A stretch of DNA of 63,319 nt, the filler included, from Reclinomonas americana ATCC 50394 (Eukaryota): NCBI GenBank assembly GCA_048213135.1. It is 6 parts of 2 records of this genome, joined end to end, with 100 filler letters (N's around TTAATTAATTAA, not from the genome) between each part and the next. Parts side by side here need not be neighbours in the genome. Positions count along the whole stretch, not along the records: positions 59,446 to 63,319 come from PS015148.1; 5 more parts are not named here. One strand, written 5' to 3'. Within the stretch, counting starts at the first letter, position 1. Each line of letters starts with the position of its first letter. Shown one piece after another: positions 60,000 to 63,319 of this stretch. The notes beneath the pieces were generated by a model, which had not been told where the DNA came from, made no database searches, and worked only from the letters and a program-made list of their open reading frames with translations. The position numbers and the translations under genes are program-made.

Positions 60000-62801
60000 A
60001 TGAGTGAACCTTTGATCAATCAACTCTTGACATATATAAAGATGTTTGTGGAGAAAGGCGAGGTTACCAGTGTGCGTCCGCGCTTTGTGAGCAGTGTGAG
60101 TGGCGATGTGAGTAGTAGTGTGGTTGCTGGTGCGGCGGCGCCTTCGCCGGATCGACGGGCGGATGAGCGGCAGCCGGAGGAGTGCAGACCACTCTGTTGC
60201 GTCTATGTGTGTGTGACATGTGCCACAGACACGCACGCACGCACGCATTCACGGAGAGAGCACGCACACAGAGAGCACAGAGAGAGAGAGAGAGAGCACA
60301 CTGACTGCATTCATGCAATCAATCACTCTCATTGCATTCGCTGCATTCGCTCACTCGCCTGTCTCCCTTGCGCTTGCCTGCTTCATTCGCTGCAGTCTCT
60401 CATTCACTCACCCTGCCTGCCTTCTTCCCTGCCTTCCCACTCACTCTCACTGCATTCGCTGCATGCTCACATATGGTCATTCGAGCTGACTGCGTCCCCT
60501 GCATTCGCTGCATTCACTCACTTGCCAGTCTCTCTCGCTCTTGCCTGCTTCGTTCTGTGCCTCTTGCACACACTCACTCACTGCTTGCCTCCTTCCCTGC
60601 CTTCACGTCTCTCGTGCGCTCACCGCATATGCTCACACATGGTCATTCGAGCTGACTGCATCCCCTATTCGCTGCATTCACTCACTTGCCAGTCTCCCTT
60701 TCTCTTTGCCTGCTTCGTTCGCTGCAGTCTCTCATTCACTCACCCTACCTTCCCTCTTCCCTGCCTTCCCACTCACTCTTACTGCATTCGCTGCAGCTGC
60801 TCACACATGGTCATTCGAGCTCACTGCATCCCCTATTCGCTGCATTCACTCACTTGCCAGTCTCCCTTTCTCTTTGCCTGCTTCGTTCGCTGCAGTCTCT
60901 CATTCACTCACCCTACCTTCCCTCTTCCCTGCCTTCCCACTCGCTCTTACTGCATTCGCTGCAGCTGCTCACACATGGTCATTCGAGCTGTCTGCATCCC
61001 CTGCGTTCGCTGCATTCACTCACTTGCCAGTCTCCCTCTCTCTTGCCTTGCCTCTTGCGCACGCTTACTCACCACCTGGCTCCTTCCCTGCCTTCCCATC
61101 TCTCGTGCGCTCACTGCAGCCGCTCACTGATTGTCATTCGAGCTCACTGCATTCATGCACACTCACATTGCATTCACTCAGTCGCCAGTCTCCCTCGCTC
61201 TTGCCTGCTTCGTTCTTGCCTGCCTCTTTGCGCGCCTCCTTGCTCACTCGTTCCGTATGCTCATGCTCAGTCCTGAAGCTCGGCGTGGTGGAGAAGAGTC
61301 GCGGCTCGGCCTACATTGAGCTGCACAACACCAAAGTCATGTGCTCAGTGTTGCGTCTCTCAGTTTGCGCTGCGTGTCTCTCTGCTCGTGTTCTCCAGGC
61401 TGCTCATCTTATTATTGCGCTGCCAGTGTCGGTCCTCGCCCGACTGCACGCCCCGAGTTCACCGAGCAAGGCCAGTTGCATTGCAGTGTGCATGTGGCTC
61501 CCTTTGCCACCCCTGTGCGTCTCGTGCCCAACTCTGTTGCGTCCCCTCGGTTGTGCGGTGTAGAAGAGGGGAGATGCCCTGCTGACGCTTTGTGCAGTAC
61601 GAGTCGCGTGAGTTGGATCGGCAGCTGTCGCTGCAGCTGTATCAGGCGCTGGAGGCGTGTGTGTGGCTCGATCGCTTCCCGAAGGCCGTCGTCGATGTCA
61701 ATGTGGTGGTCATGGAGTCGGATGGAGGTTCGTGGGGGACGGCGAAGGGAGTAGAAGGAGGGAAGGCAAAGAACGAGAGAGCAGCAGCAGCAACGACAGC
61801 ATGAGAGAGAGAGGGGGGGAGGGAGAGTCCCTTGTGTTCATTAGTGTGCGTGTGGAAGGAGAGAGGGAGAGAGACAGACAGAGAGTGAGAGAGAGAGAGA
61901 CCCGTGTGTACATTTGTGCGCTTACGGAGAGAGAGAGAGAGAGAGCAAAATCGACGAGAGCGAGAACGAGAGGAGAAGTGCAGAGAGTGAGATGCAGAGA
62001 AAGAACAGAGACTGGAACAACGCAGGCCAGAAGACCACAAATTTAAGCTGCATGAAAACATCGGAGATTGAGTCCACAAAGAGAGAAAGAGATGAACGCA
62101 GAGGAAGAGGCCAACAGCAAGAACTTTAGTGCACCATCTGAGCGAGAAGCGGAAAGTGAGAACTGAGAGAGAGTAGCTCCTTGAAGGACGACTACGACTC
62201 GATATTGCTGCACGACGACAGCTGTGATTCATAGAGTGCAAGACAGTGAGTACAGCAAGGCAACGGAAAGTGAGCCTTCTTCTCCTCTCTCTCTCTCTCT
62301 TTACTTCTCTCCTCTCTTCTCCTTTCGCTGACCGACCGCGTCACAGGCACTCTGAGTGCCATTATCAACTGCGCATCACTGGCGCTGGCCGACGGCGGCT
62401 TTGAGATGTACGACCTTGTCGCGGCGTGTCAAGCAGTTTCGCAGCCTTGTTTTTTTTACTCCCCCTCTCCTTCGCACATGCTCACTCCCCCCCTCGCGCA
62501 GTGTGAACTGCAACGCAGCATTGTGCTCGACCCCACTGCCGTGGAGGAGCGCTACCAGACCGGCAGTATGTGTGTGGCCTACATGCCGTCGCTGAGCGAG
62601 GTCACACTGATGACACAATCGGGCGAGATGAGCGTCACCAAGGTGATGGAGGCCATTGATCTGGCACTCGACGGCTGCTCTCGAATCCACGAATTGCTAC
62701 GCTCGCATCTGCTGGCGTCGCTGGTGGAGCAGGAGGAGAGAAGAAAGCGGGAAGAGGAAGAGGACGATAGAGCAATGATGGCGGTGGATGGAGCAAAGTG
62801 A
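60000..62801 (+). CDS. EXOSC6: RNA exosome RNase PH-like subunit, Mtr3/EXOSC6 (RRP41-like)
   Basis: CRPL|FLKLGVVEKSRGSAYIE..KVMCSV|VGPR, APFA, LDRFPKAVVDV..ESDG|G..INCASLALADGG, VLDPT..EE. Confidence 0.85.
60300..61235. repeat. ~168-bp minisatellite, about 5.5 copies, inside EXOSC6 intron 1 (60196-61270)
   Basis: atggtcattcgagct recurs at 60473, 60639, 60807 and 60975, with a variant at ~61131. The central copies are nearly identical. Confidence 0.9.
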
Positions 62802-63149
62802 ACGACGGACAACGAAGAGCGACGCTGTGTGTCCTGCAATCATTTAACATGATGTTGTTTGTGCGAAGAGCAGCACCACTGCTGCCACTCACTCGTCGAC
62901 TCACCTACAAACCAGCGGCGCCAGTGCAGCCCACCAACATTTCATACAAACGCGCAGAAAAGGCATAGTGTGCATGCTCTCTCTCTCTGTCTCTCTGCTT
63001 TGCTTCTCTCTCTCTCTCATTGTCACAGACGCTGCATGTGGACTTTGCGGATGGACGGAGGTTCCGGTTCCTGGCCGAGTTCCTGCGTGTGGAGAGTCCG
63101 TCTGCGGAGACAAAGGGATACGGAGCGGCCGCAGGGAAGGCGAAGGTGC

Positions 63150-63212
<63 letters not shown>

Positions 63213-63319
63213 GACGGACGTACGTCGTCGTGTCTCACACCCTCTCTCTCTCTCGCTCTCTCTCTACTACGTACGTACGTACGTACGAAGAAGTACTACT
63301 CTCTCGTCTTCTACTGTCG

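Noticed and set aside
59886-61563. Cys/His-rich repeat ORFs resembling zinc fingers
   Set aside because: They are translations of the 168-bp intronic minisatellite. Splicing 60196-61270 restores the conserved EXOSC6 motif.
62900-63110. Possible terminal exon(s) of a minus-strand gene at the window end
   Set aside because: Frame ambiguous, no recognisable motif, and adjacent to low-quality sequence.
1-63319. Alternative genetic code or stop-codon readthrough
   Set aside because: The apparent in-frame stops I examined fall within plausible introns, and TAA, TAG and TGA all serve as terminators.

Overview
Gapped draft scaffold of a GC-rich, intron-dense, aerobic microbial eukaryote. Evidence: spliceosomal introns of about 60-90 nt, many swollen by (CT)n/(CA)n/(GAA)n microsatellites, plus genes for a complex I subunit, a small Tim and AIF. 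The ORF track is largely uninformative, so genes were rebuilt by hand-splicing; family calls come from recalled motifs, not database searches. About 22 genes or gene fragments were recovered: TMEM43, a small PB1-CUE/UBA adaptor, a dihydroxyacetone kinase 5' fragment, an MGCC-acylated Q-rich protein, a degenerate kinesin, an Sfi1-repeat protein, an alpha/beta hydrolase, Tim8, NDUFA2, RABL6, calnexin, CDK10, AIF, two family-16 protein methyltransferases that appear fused, a PILS/AEC transporter, CCDC84/CENATAC, an FG-GAP-like/Cys-rich membrane protein, a kelch protein and EXOSC6/Mtr3. Main observations: (1) an abundant second class of 5' splice site, H|GTTGCG, which is the usual GTGCG donor shifted by one base, seen at 23 or more introns and never after an exonic G; (2) four head-to-head gene pairs whose ATGs are only 50-59 bp apart; (3) a probable double-methyltransferase fusion; (4) exon-by-exon amplification of an acidic motif in RABL6; (5) an inverted block (31372-32556) that splits RABL6 and probably calnexin across strands, most likely an assembly error. 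The TTAATTAATTAA linkers and TACG runs are technical artefacts.
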